In this document: positions 40,865 through 48,483 of the stretch, in pieces
Layout of the letters: the number at the start of each line of letters is the position of its first letter
How positions within the stretch are numbered: the stretch's first letter is position 1
Source: an uncultured virus (IMG/VR IMGVR_UViG_3300025135_000004)
Lineage: Duplodnaviria; Heunggongvirae; Uroviricota; Caudoviricetes
DNA length: 64,000 nucleotides
Strand: one strand, 5' to 3'
Virus record (IMG/VR): IMGVR_UViG_3300025135_000004
Made by a program: the position numbers and the translations under genes
The notes under the pieces: model-generated
What the model was told of the DNA's origin: nothing
Databases searched by the model: none
Seen by the model: only the letters and a program-made list of their open reading frames with translations

Positions 40865-41581
40865 TTATCTTCTTTTCTCTGAAATTTTAATTAACACCTT
40901 TGTAATAGTATTTACTTTCTCAAACTTAGTGGGGTCAACAATTTTACCCTGAACAAGCAATGGTATATCTATCCTATAAATCTTCTCCTGAGTAATATCT
41001 GTCTTGTTATTTTCACTTGGGTCCCCATTCAATTTTGATGAGATATTATACCCATTAATTTTCATGTATCCTTGTCCATCAGAATATCCTTCAGCCAATA
41101 TCATTTCATAAAAAACATTGACATCTACCATATAATGAGTGAAAAGACTAAGTGTATAGCTTGTGTCAACATATACTGGTTGAGGTACTTTATATAATTC
41201 ATATCCCTTAAGGGTTCCATCAAAAATTGGAACCTTAACAAATCTAAATGTCATTTTCTTTGGAATTGTTCTCTTGAGTGGAGATGTTCCAGGAACTGCA
41301 GAATTTCTATAGATTGTCATAAATGGTCTTGTAATCTCTTCTCCAAGTTCACTTCTCATCTCTTTCCAGTTCATTTTTCTCTCAGCCCAAAGTTCTTGAG
41401 CAAGCCAAACAATTGGAACTTTTGTAAGAAGACCGTTTTCATTAACCATGCTTATTTCAAGACTATCAATATAATCTTTTATTCCTTGGTCCAAGTCCTC
41501 AAGCATGAGTTTTTGTGGGAGATAGTTGAAGTTTTCAAAATCCTTATCTAAAAACTTTCCTATGTTGTCATTAATAGCCAT
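40865..41581 (-). CDS. Tail terminator/sheath stabiliser (gp15-like)
   Basis: VPIVWLAQELW, RPFMTIYR, VPQPVYVDTSY; follows the gp13/gp14-like genes. Confidence 0.6.
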   Translation of the reverse strand: MAINDNIGKFLDKDFENFNYLPQKLMLEDLDQGIKDYIDSLEISMVNENGLLTKVPIVWLAQELWAERKMNWKEMRSELGEEITRPFMTIYRNSAVPGTSPLKRTIPKKMTFRFVKVPIFDGTLKGYELYKVPQPVYVDTSYTLSLFTHYMVDVNVFYEMILAEGYSDGQGYMKINGYNISSKLNGDPSENNKTDITQEKIYRIDIPLLVQGKIVDPTKFEKVNTITKVLIKISEKRR

Positions 41582-41613
41582 TTATACTTTTTTTAATAAA
41601 TAGTTACAATAAA

Positions 41614-41646
41614 TTTGGAAACATACTATTTTATTTATTACATTTG
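41614..41646 (+). promoter_or_regulatory. Bacteroidota sigma70-type promoter overlapping a TATTTATT motif
   Basis: TTTG (41614-17), 21-nt spacer, TACATTTG (41639-46); TATTTATT at 41632-39. Confidence 0.65.
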
Positions 41647-41910
41647 CTCGGCTTTTGCTCTGCATACCAGTTTTATTTTTGGGGGCGTTGCTTTCTGATG
41701 CAGAGATTTTACACTGGGCATGGTAATTTATCAGACTCGTTAAAAACATTTAAAATAAGCGCACTTCCCTATAGTCCATCAGATTTATCTGATTAGCTGT
41801 CCCTGCAGGTGTAAGACCAGTGAATAATCGCTGGCAATCTCTCACACAGCACCTTTTTAGAAAGAAATTTCAAAAGAGGGGGGGCTATAGGGGGGGCGTT
41901 ATCTTTTTTG
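41647..41910 (+). ncRNA. Candidate structured non-coding RNA (or structured DNA element)
   Basis: GC-enriched gap lacking a credible ORF, with a promoter immediately upstream, several nested helices and a terminal T-tract; no known family recognised. Confidence 0.5.
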
Positions 41911-41992
41911 TGTTTTCCCTAATTCTGGTAAAGGATTTACTGAAGTTAATATTAACTGAATAAACTCTAAGATTTTTCTAAACTTAGATTTT

Positions 41993-42565
41993 TTATCTCG
42001 CCTTAAAAACATCTTCATCAACCTCAATTGCTGATATTGTGATATAAAATCTTCTATCACCACCCCAGGAAAATTCATTTGATATTTGAGCATGTCCATT
42101 ATTTACTATCATGTAATACTCATCCTTGTATCCTATGTAATCTCCATTGTTAATATCAAAAACAGAAAGTTGATTTTGTTTGTATACAGCAAGCTCAAGC
42201 TCTTCAAGTTGCTCCATATATACATGTGCGGTTAATTTACCAAAACCTTTTTTAACAAGACCACCATCAGCCATATATTCTGGCTCAACAGTTTCTACAT
42301 TTATTCTACCAAGAATCTTCACCTCTGGTTTCCATGCTTTCTGAAAAGATTTTGATTGTCCATATAGAGAATGTGTCTCAGTCCTCTTAAGGTCCATTCT
42401 ATATAAGATAAATGATTCCTTGAGAATATTTTCTGAAATTTCTCTACCCGCAGAACTAAAGAAAGCACGTTCCTTGTCTCCAAAGAATAAATCTATACCA
42501 TCAGGCTTTCTCTCATTGTCATTGAACTCCTCTGGTTGCCTTCCTATTTCGTTTAAATCAGCCAT
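41993..42565 (-). CDS. Neck/head-closure protein (gp14-like)
   Basis: LYRMDLKRTETHSLYGQS, GDYIGY; downstream of the gp13-like gene. Confidence 0.6.
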   Translation of the reverse strand: MADLNEIGRQPEEFNDNERKPDGIDLFFGDKERAFFSSAGREISENILKESFILYRMDLKRTETHSLYGQSKSFQKAWKPEVKILGRINVETVEPEYMADGGLVKKGFGKLTAHVYMEQLEELELAVYKQNQLSVFDINNGDYIGYKDEYYMIVNNGHAQISNEFSWGGDRRFYITISAIEVDEDVFKAR

Positions 42566-42588
42566 CTATTTTATTTGATACAATAATT

Positions 42589-43788
42589 TTAGTAAATCCA
42601 AATTTTCATTGGCACATAAGCAAGTGTCTTATTTACAGACTCTTGTACAGCAGCACGTTTTTCCATTATTCTATCATAAGACAATTCCTCAAGGTCTTTC
42701 TCAAGTTTATCAAGTAATTTTTGTTGGTCTTCTCTACCTGTGCTAATAAGGTCATCTTTGTTTAGTGTAAGCTCGGCCCCTGGAATTGGTAATTGCCCAT
42801 TAAATTTACCTCTAATACCGATTCCAAGTAATTCTTTTGCAAGCGCTTGAGCATATTTCTTAACCCAAGTTTGAGCAACCGAATTGAGTTGATACCAGTT
42901 TATGTAGTTAAGTTCTGCATCACCAGGCCCAGATACAAGACCATTCCCTTGTTGTATGGTTCCATCAATATTAGTGGTTCCTGTAAATCCAGGATTTGCT
43001 GTATAACCGCTGTAATTAGAGTTTCCATAATTTCCAGCTCTATCTCTGTAAGTGTAGAACATTGTTCCTGGAGTACCAGCTCCACCTCCAATTCCTAAAC
43101 TTGGTCCAGCAACACTGTTTACCCCATTTCTTGGTACTGGAAATAATTTTAAAATTTTTGTTCCGTCAGCACCTGGCCTTATTAGATAGTGGTATTCTGA
43201 ACCTCTAACTCTATTTCTTAATTCAGCAGCCTGAGCTGTCATGATTGTATCAAATACAGGCATCACACTATAGAGAGAGTGCCCCGCAAATGAAGCACCA
43301 AATTCACTGAAAGCTATATTTTGATTGCTGAATGGGTCAAGACCAAAAAGATTTATAAAAGCAGGTGTGTACCAAAGAATATCTAAAACTTCTCTTTCAG
43401 CAGGAATTATATAGTCCTGAGTACCAGCAGTTAGGGTAATTGAAGTTGTTTTGACTTCTCTGGTTCCATTTGCTCCAAGACCTATTTGCTCACCAATTTG
43501 AGTAGCAAAAGAATTTTCGAAGTAAAGAGAATTAGAAACATATTTTAGAGTAAAATCAACCTCAGAAGGGAGGCCAAGCATCTCTCCGAGTCTATTTCTA
43601 AGAACCCAATCGTTAATGTATCCTGAGTACTCCTCTACTGCTTCACAGATACATTCTTCTATCTGTTCATCAAGAAGTTCTACTCCCATTACAGGCGCAC
43701 CAAGTTTCCTCCTAATCCTACGAAAGATTTGGTTTTTCTCGGTTACAGTCATTCCTGTAAGACATCCTTCTGCGCAAAAAACACTCAT
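42589..43788 (-). CDS. gp13: Neck protein (T4 gp13-like)
   Basis: IRRKLGAPVMGVEL.DEQI, WVKKYAQALAKELLG...GKF..PIPG.ELTLN. Confidence 0.8.
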   Translation of the reverse strand: MSVFCAEGCLTGMTVTEKNQIFRRIRRKLGAPVMGVELLDEQIEECICEAVEEYSGYINDWVLRNRLGEMLGLPSEVDFTLKYVSNSLYFENSFATQIGEQIGLGANGTREVKTTSITLTAGTQDYIIPAEREVLDILWYTPAFINLFGLDPFSNQNIAFSEFGASFAGHSLYSVMPVFDTIMTAQAAELRNRVRGSEYHYLIRPGADGTKILKLFPVPRNGVNSVAGPSLGIGGGAGTPGTMFYTYRDRAGNYGNSNYSGYTANPGFTGTTNIDGTIQQGNGLVSGPGDAELNYINWYQLNSVAQTWVKKYAQALAKELLGIGIRGKFNGQLPIPGAELTLNKDDLISTGREDQQKLLDKLEKDLEELSYDRIMEKRAAVQESVNKTLAYVPMKIWIY

Positions 43789-43795
43789 AATTTAT

Positions 43796-44080
43796 TTATC
43801 CTCTTAAAGATTGAATATAATTTGGTTGAAACGAAGCCTTAAATCCTACAAAAGCTCCAGAAGAAACAATCACCTTGGCACATACTACATCTATTTTTTG
43901 CCCTGCAGTTGCATTCCAAGTAAAAGTTCCGCCACCCATGGCGCTAATAGTAGCGGCTCCAGTAGTAGTACAGAAAATTTGATGTACTGTAGAACCAGTC
44001 AATCCATCACCAAGTTCAGCAAGTGTATAAGTTCCAATTGGCATAGGTAGTGCGGTCCAATTTGTGTTGTGAAAAGCCAT
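43796..44080 (-). CDS. Small capsid decoration / spike-base-like protein
   Basis: 94-aa beta-rich protein; HQIFCTTTGAATISAMGGGTFTW..TAGQKIDVVCAKV resembles head spike-base proteins; late motif upstream. Confidence 0.45.
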   Translation of the reverse strand: MAFHNTNWTALPMPIGTYTLAELGDGLTGSTVHQIFCTTTGAATISAMGGGTFTWNATAGQKIDVVCAKVIVSSGAFVGFKASFQPNYIQSLRG

Positions 44081-44151
44081 AATTATAATTTTCTTATAAA
44101 TAGGCTAAGAAAACTTGATTCACAATAACAAGTTTTGAAAATTGATAAAAT

Positions 44152-44182
44152 TTTGATTTAATCGAAAAAAAAGATACATTTG
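44152..44182 (+). promoter_or_regulatory. Bacteroidota sigma70-type (early) promoter heading the plus-strand island
   Basis: TTTG (44152-55), 19 nt, TACATTTG (44175-82). Confidence 0.75.
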
Positions 44183-44198
44183 TAATTAAATTATTACA

Positions 44199-44861
44199 AT
44201 GAGAATATTTTTTTTAGATATAGATGGAGTTCTAAATGACTGTAATTCCACAGGTGTATTCCACGAAAATTCAACAGATATTTACTGCATAGCAATTTTA
44301 AATGAAGCAATTAGAAGAGTTGGTGCAAAAATTGTAATTATTTCCTCATGGAAGGATAACTTTGATTTTCAAGTAGTTAGAGATTTATTATATCAAAGAG
44401 GTGTACTTGCGGGAAGTATTATTGATTCCACAGAGCGTGATATTTCTAAGGAACAGGGAATCAAAAATTTTCTGGAGCATTCTCAGGTCGAAGATTTTGT
44501 TATAATTGACGATAATTTAGAGCTTCAAGACCCAGTGTTAAAAAATTTTTGCGTCCGAACCGACTCTCATAGTGGTTTAGTTCCAGAAGACCTGGACCGA
44601 ATAATCAATAAAATGGAGCAAATAATAAAAGCACCATTTACACAGAACCAAGTTGATAAGTTAAATAAAAATCAAAAATCAAGCGGATTCCACCCATTTA
44701 CTTGTTGTTCACCAGATGATATACCTGATTGTAAAAGAAAGAAAAAAGAAGGTGAAACTTTTGAAGAGCGAGAGGGTATTTTGATTGCAACAAATGATGG
44801 CTGGATTTGTCCTTGCGGAAAATATCAGCAAGATTGGGCACATTCATTTATGGTAAAATAA
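44199..44861 (+). CDS. HAD-superfamily (Swiss-Army-knife RNA-repair type) domain fused to a Cys-rich C-terminal domain
   Basis: FLDIDGVLN, IVIISSWK, FVIIDD, GL; then MEQIIKAPFT...HPFTCC...LIATNDGWICPCGKYQQDWAH. Confidence 0.75.
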   Translation: MRIFFLDIDGVLNDCNSTGVFHENSTDIYCIAILNEAIRRVGAKIVIISSWKDNFDFQVVRDLLYQRGVLAGSIIDSTERDISKEQGIKNFLEHSQVEDFVIIDDNLELQDPVLKNFCVRTDSHSGLVPEDLDRIINKMEQIIKAPFTQNQVDKLNKNQKSSGFHPFTCCSPDDIPDCKRKKKEGETFEEREGILIATNDGWICPCGKYQQDWAHSFMVK

Positions 44862-44872
44862 TAGTTAAATAT

Positions 44873-45106
44873 ATGGCAAGATTTGCAATACAACATGAGC
44901 CAACGAAGCGTTGGGTACAAGAAGATGAATCAGGAGTTTTCCTTCAGGAAGATGATAATTATCTCTTTTCTTATAAGACCAAAGATTTAGCTCAGAAGGC
45001 TATTGACGAACACTATAAAGTGTACTACACAACTCTTGGTAGTGATAACTTTGAGACTGAGGATGGTCCTTATCCGTTTGAGGAATTTAATATCGTTGAA
45101 GTTTAA
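44873..45106 (+). CDS. Small hypothetical protein
   Basis: ATG 44873 (MARFAIQHE) after an A-rich leader; the stop overlaps the first hairpin element. Confidence 0.6.
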   Translation: MARFAIQHEPTKRWVQEDESGVFLQEDDNYLFSYKTKDLAQKAIDEHYKVYYTTLGSDNFETEDGPYPFEEFNIVEV

Positions 45107-45228
45107 TGGTACGCAGGTTTAGTTAGTTGCGTGAATATAGAAAACTTAAATTGAAACACAAATGATAAATTGGATTAAAAACTTATTTAGAAGCAAGGAT
45201 AAGCAACCAACCAAACCTGCGGTTATAC
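45104..45228. repeat. attC-like hairpin element 1
   Basis: TAAT, 5 nt, GCAGGTTTAGTTAGTTGC (45113-30) ... GCAACCAACCAAACCTGC (45203-20), 1 nt, GTTATAC. Confidence 0.75.
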
Positions 45229-45377
45229 ATAGTATTACTTGCGGTGAACGAGATGAAAAAGGATTTTGTGATACTTATGTAAATGGTGAAAAGACAAAAG
45301 TTAGGATGCTCGTATTTACAGAGGAAGAAGTTGCACGACTTCACAAAATCCAAGACGATATAAATGATAGCAAGTAA
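45162..45377 (+). CDS. Small hypothetical cassette ORF starting inside hairpin 1
   Basis: 71-aa ORF; its stop TAA is part of the TAAC of element 2. Confidence 0.55.
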   Translation: MINWIKNLFRSKDKQPTKPAVIHSITCGERDEKGFCDTYVNGEKTKVRMLVFTEEEVARLHKIQDDINDSK

Positions 45378-45470
45378 CGTGACGCAACTAACAGAAGTGG
45401 TTGCTTGTAAGAACTTCTGGATTAAAAACAAATGCTCGTAGCAGCCACTTCTGTTAGTTGCTGTTATAGG
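45375..45470. repeat. attC-like hairpin element 2
   Basis: TAAC, 5 nt, GCAACTAACAGAAGTGGTTGCT (45384-405) ... AGCAGCCACTTCTGTTAGTTGC (45440-61), 1 nt, GTTATAGG. Confidence 0.85.
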
Positions 45471-45487
45471 CTGTAAAAATTACGATT

Positions 45488-45706
45488 ATGGAAGAAGAAA
45501 TAATTGGAACGACTGGCAAACTTGTAGATTTATTTAACGAAAATCTCACACAAGAAGAATGGAACGCACTATGTATTGTTCATAGATTAGGTGCGAGGTT
45601 AAATGTGGGAATAAGATTTGATTGGAGTAAAAGTATTGATGTGCGTTCAGAAGAATGCTCGCAAATTATTGATGAAAGCGTTTTTCTTGACAGAGAACGT
45701 AAGTAA
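45488..45706 (+). CDS. Small hypothetical cassette ORF
   Basis: 72-aa ORF filling the space between elements 2 and 3. Confidence 0.6.
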   Translation: MEEEIIGTTGKLVDLFNENLTQEEWNALCIVHRLGARLNVGIRFDWSKSIDVRSEECSQIIDESVFLDRERK

Positions 45707-45718
45707 TTTTATTGCTTA

Positions 45719-45847
45719 TAACGGTTGGGTGTATATGTAGTGTGAGATTTGAAACACTGAACTTTGACTTAACCGATGAACTTAATTAGAAGTAGAAATG
45801 ATGAATATACCACCGAACATCACATTACATATACACCTTGTTATCGG
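45719..45847. repeat. attC-like hairpin element 3
   Basis: TAAC, 5 nt, GGTGTATATGTAGTGTGA (45728-45) ... TCACATTACATATACACC (45820-37), 2 nt, GTTATCGG. Confidence 0.85.
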
Positions 45848-45937
45848 CTGATGCGGTTTATCTACCTGAATTTCAATACGAAGAACTAAAGAAGTTTTTA
45901 TTTTTTTAGGGTGAGAAGAAAAATAATTAAAAATAAA

Positions 45938-45969
45938 TTTGGTAGTTACGAAACTTTATCGTATATTTG
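45938..45969 (+). promoter_or_regulatory. Bacteroidota sigma70-type promoter internal to a cassette
   Basis: TTTG (45938-41), 20 nt, TATATTTG (45962-69). Confidence 0.75.
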
Positions 45970-45996
45970 TCGTATAATAATTAAAACAACAAGATT

Positions 45997-46197
45997 ATGG
46001 GAATTACACAAATGACATCTCGTGAGGCTATTAATGCCATTGAATCTGCAATTAAAAGCGGAAACAAAAAGAAAGTATTGGAATTATACGCTCCCGATAA
46101 TTCAGACGTGTTGCCTGATTGGGATAACGAGCCTGATTACATTTGGGAAGAATGGGTAGAATTAATTGAAAAAGCAGAACAAATATTGGGATTATGA
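45997..46197 (+). CDS. Small hypothetical protein
   Basis: 66 aa; ATGA overlap with the next ORF. Confidence 0.65.
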   Translation: MGITQMTSREAINAIESAIKSGNKKKVLELYAPDNSDVLPDWDNEPDYIWEEWVELIEKAEQILGL

Positions 46198-46379
46198 AAA
46201 CAAGAGAAATAAAACATAATGAGGTGCTTCCAATCGGAACAAAAGTTATTCACAATACAACAAAAGAAATTGGAGTAGTGATTGGTGAATGTTTAGGGTA
46301 TGGAAAAGTAAAGGTTAAATACAAAGAAAATGAAATGTGGTATCCACAACCAAAACGCAACATAAGTTTGGTATTATGA
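46194..46379 (+). CDS. Small hypothetical SH3/KOW-like protein
   Basis: LPIGTKVIH...IGVVIG..GKVKVKY; ATGA overlaps at both ends. Confidence 0.55.
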   Translation: MKTREIKHNEVLPIGTKVIHNTTKEIGVVIGECLGYGKVKVKYKENEMWYPQPKRNISLVL

Positions 46380-46546
46380 AACGAATTGAAATACATCTAA
46401 CAGAAGATGAAACTAAATTACTTGACCAAATCGCAAGTGATGATGGTAGAAGCAGAAAGAACTTGTGCGAAACTGAAATTCGTAAGTTAATCGAGCGTTG
46501 GCAAAAAATAAAAACTTCTAACGATAATGTTAATATGAAGAAGTAA
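46376..46546 (+). CDS. Ribbon-helix-helix DNA-binding protein
   Basis: MKRIEIHLTEDETKLLDQIASDDGRSRKNLCETEIRKLI: alternating beta strand plus helix-GRS-helix pattern. Confidence 0.75.
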   Translation: MKRIEIHLTEDETKLLDQIASDDGRSRKNLCETEIRKLIERWQKIKTSNDNVNMKK

Positions 46547-46561
46547 TGTAGCATTTGCCGA

Positions 46562-46616
46562 TAACACAAAAATTGTCGCCAGTGCGAAGCATTGAGACAA
46601 TTGACTGTTATCAGCC
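46562..46616. repeat. attC-like hairpin element 4 (short)
   Basis: TAAC, 5 nt, AATTGTC..CAGTGC-GAA-GCATTG.GACAATT, 4 nt, GTTATCAGCC; capped by a GCGAAGC mini-hairpin. Confidence 0.75.
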
Positions 46617-46649
46617 GTTTTAATGGCTGCTCCACCAAGTGTTATAAAC

Positions 46650-46685
46650 AAAAAAAGGACCCTCTTTCGAGAATCCTTTCTTTTA
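46650..46685. terminator. Terminator between the convergent island and major capsid gene
   Basis: A-tract, AAAGGA.CTC-TTTC-GAG.ATCCTTT, T-tract. Confidence 0.65.
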
Positions 46686-46720
46686 GTTTATGATTATTAA
46701 ACTTTCCTGCTCCTTTCGGA

Positions 46721-48394
46721 TTAGTACTTGTTAATGTTATCAATGTATACAACTCCGTAGAACCTGTTGTTAACCATTTTCTTAGCGTAACGAGTCATGA
46801 TACCTTTTCTTGGTGTGAAATCGTTAGGGTCAGTGATAGTTTGTGTCAACTGAAGAGGGATGTACGGTGCGTAGATGTAACCTGCTTCAAGGAAAGTGTT
46901 ACCTTTGTGTCCAAGAAGAACGATGTTAGCTGGAAGATAAGGGTCTTTGTAAACCACGTATCTTGAACCAAGATTACCGATTTTTTCTACTCCAAGGTTA
47001 TACTTTTCGCTTTCTGGAGCTGCGCTACCATCAACGTGGAAGTATTCCAAGTCATCAAAGATTGCTCCTGCTTCTGCAGAACATACAATCCAGTTTGCAC
47101 CACCTCTAAGGGTTGCTTTGTGAATCTGCGCTGAAAGCTCGTTGATTCTTGTGATAAGAGTCTGGTTCCAGTCTTTTTGAGTTCCGAAGAAGTTCGCATT
47201 ACTGTTAAGACCAGCGTAATTCCATCTTGCTCTGAACGGTGCTCCGTTGATAAGGTCGATGATAATTTCTCTATCAATTTCCGCTGCAACGTGCTCAGAA
47301 AGAAGAGCAGTAAGCTCAGCTTCAGCATCAATTGAGTGGTATGCTTCAAGGTCTTGAGCAAGTTCTGGAGTCCAGTGAGCTCTAAGTTTTCTTGTTACAG
47401 TGTTTACAGTTACAGATGAGAATCTGATTGTAAGTTCAGCCATTTCAGACTTAGCTTCAAGGTCATTGAAGATTTCGTAAGCTGGCAAGAATGTTACAGC
47501 AAATGCTGAACCAAAGTTAGTACCATCATTAAGCATGTTTGCATTAAAGTCTGCACCATATACACCTGCTGGTCTAAGGTCAAGAACTATTCTTGCAACA
47601 CCATCTGCATATTGGTCTTGTGCCCAAGTTTGTACTGAAGAGTAGAAAGGAATATTTCCTCCTTCTGCAACCACAAGTACGTTTCCTGCTGCACCTGAGT
47701 AATAGATGTCAGTTGTAGCTGAGAATCTAAGAGTTGCAGATGATTGTTGCTTGCTTGTGTCAAAACTTGTTAAAGTAGTTGCAGTGTTCAAAAGTCCACC
47801 TACAAATAAATCAGCTGTTGGAGCAAGTTGTGCTTCTGTTACTGTGAAACCAGTTCCGAATGACATGTCAAACCCTTGGTTGTTGTAGAAACGCTCGTAA
47901 GCAGTTGTGTCAGCAAAATTAGGACCTGCTTGTCCGTTAGCTGTGTTTTGTGGAGCAACGATGTCTCTTGTTCCTGTTCCGTTAACGATTCCTGGAGGGG
48001 TAGCGTTAAAAGAAGTATCGTCACCGTTGTAAGATACTCTTGCATCCATGTAGAACAAAAGTCCAGAAGGAAGAGCCAATGGCTGTACAGATACGATTTC
48101 GTTAGCAAGTAATCTTGAGAATACTCTTCTTACGATTGGGAATGCTACTGTGTCGAAACGACCCGCAGATGAATCAAGAGTTACCTCGTTCAACATTGCT
48201 GCTGCCTGGTTCTCAAGAAGCTGTGCTACGTTAGCAGCTTTTATACCTTTCATTCTTATTGGGGTACCATCATTTGTATACCCTTCATCAAGAAGTCCAG
48301 AATCAGACCAACTATCTACGATAGCTTTTCTTTGCTCAGCCAAGTTTTTGAAGACTGTAAGTCCAACTTTACCTGAATTTAATAATTCGCTCAT
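46721..48394 (-). CDS. gp23: Major capsid protein (T4 gp23-like)
   Basis: AQLLENQA, FPIVRRVF..LLANEIVSVQP, TRKLRAHWTPELAQDLEAYHSIDAEAEL, YAPYIPL, FTPRKGIMTRY. The true start is probably ATG 48394. Confidence 0.97.
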   Translation of the reverse strand: MSELLNSGKVGLTVFKNLAEQRKAIVDSWSDSGLLDEGYTNDGTPIRMKGIKAANVAQLLENQAAAMLNEVTLDSSAGRFDTVAFPIVRRVFSRLLANEIVSVQPLALPSGLLFYMDARVSYNGDDTSFNATPPGIVNGTGTRDIVAPQNTANGQAGPNFADTTAYERFYNNQGFDMSFGTGFTVTEAQLAPTADLFVGGLLNTATTLTSFDTSKQQSSATLRFSATTDIYYSGAAGNVLVVAEGGNIPFYSSVQTWAQDQYADGVARIVLDLRPAGVYGADFNANMLNDGTNFGSAFAVTFLPAYEIFNDLEAKSEMAELTIRFSSVTVNTVTRKLRAHWTPELAQDLEAYHSIDAEAELTALLSEHVAAEIDREIIIDLINGAPFRARWNYAGLNSNANFFGTQKDWNQTLITRINELSAQIHKATLRGGANWIVCSAEAGAIFDDLEYFHVDGSAAPESEKYNLGVEKIGNLGSRYVVYKDPYLPANIVLLGHKGNTFLEAGYIYAPYIPLQLTQTITDPNDFTPRKGIMTRYAKKMVNNRFYGVVYIDNINKY

Positions 48395-48483
48395 TTTTAA
48401 AAGTTTTAATTTGTTTAACAATAAATATGTTTAAAAAAAGTGTTTTCTAATTTTTATTCACTTTTTTAGCGAAAAACATATTT

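Noticed and set aside
41690..41705. Hammerhead ribozyme core (CTGATG)
   Set aside because: The sequence is CTGATGC rather than CUGAUGA, and no matching stems with GAAA were found
41899..42099. 66-aa minus-strand ORF entering the non-coding element
   Set aside because: It overlaps the gp14-like gene out of frame and has no recognisable features
45104..46616. CRISPR array or simple terminators as the explanation for the island hairpins
   Set aside because: There are no identical direct repeats with uniform spacers. Loops reach about 70 nt, there are no U-tracts, and the TAAC/GTTA ends are conserved.
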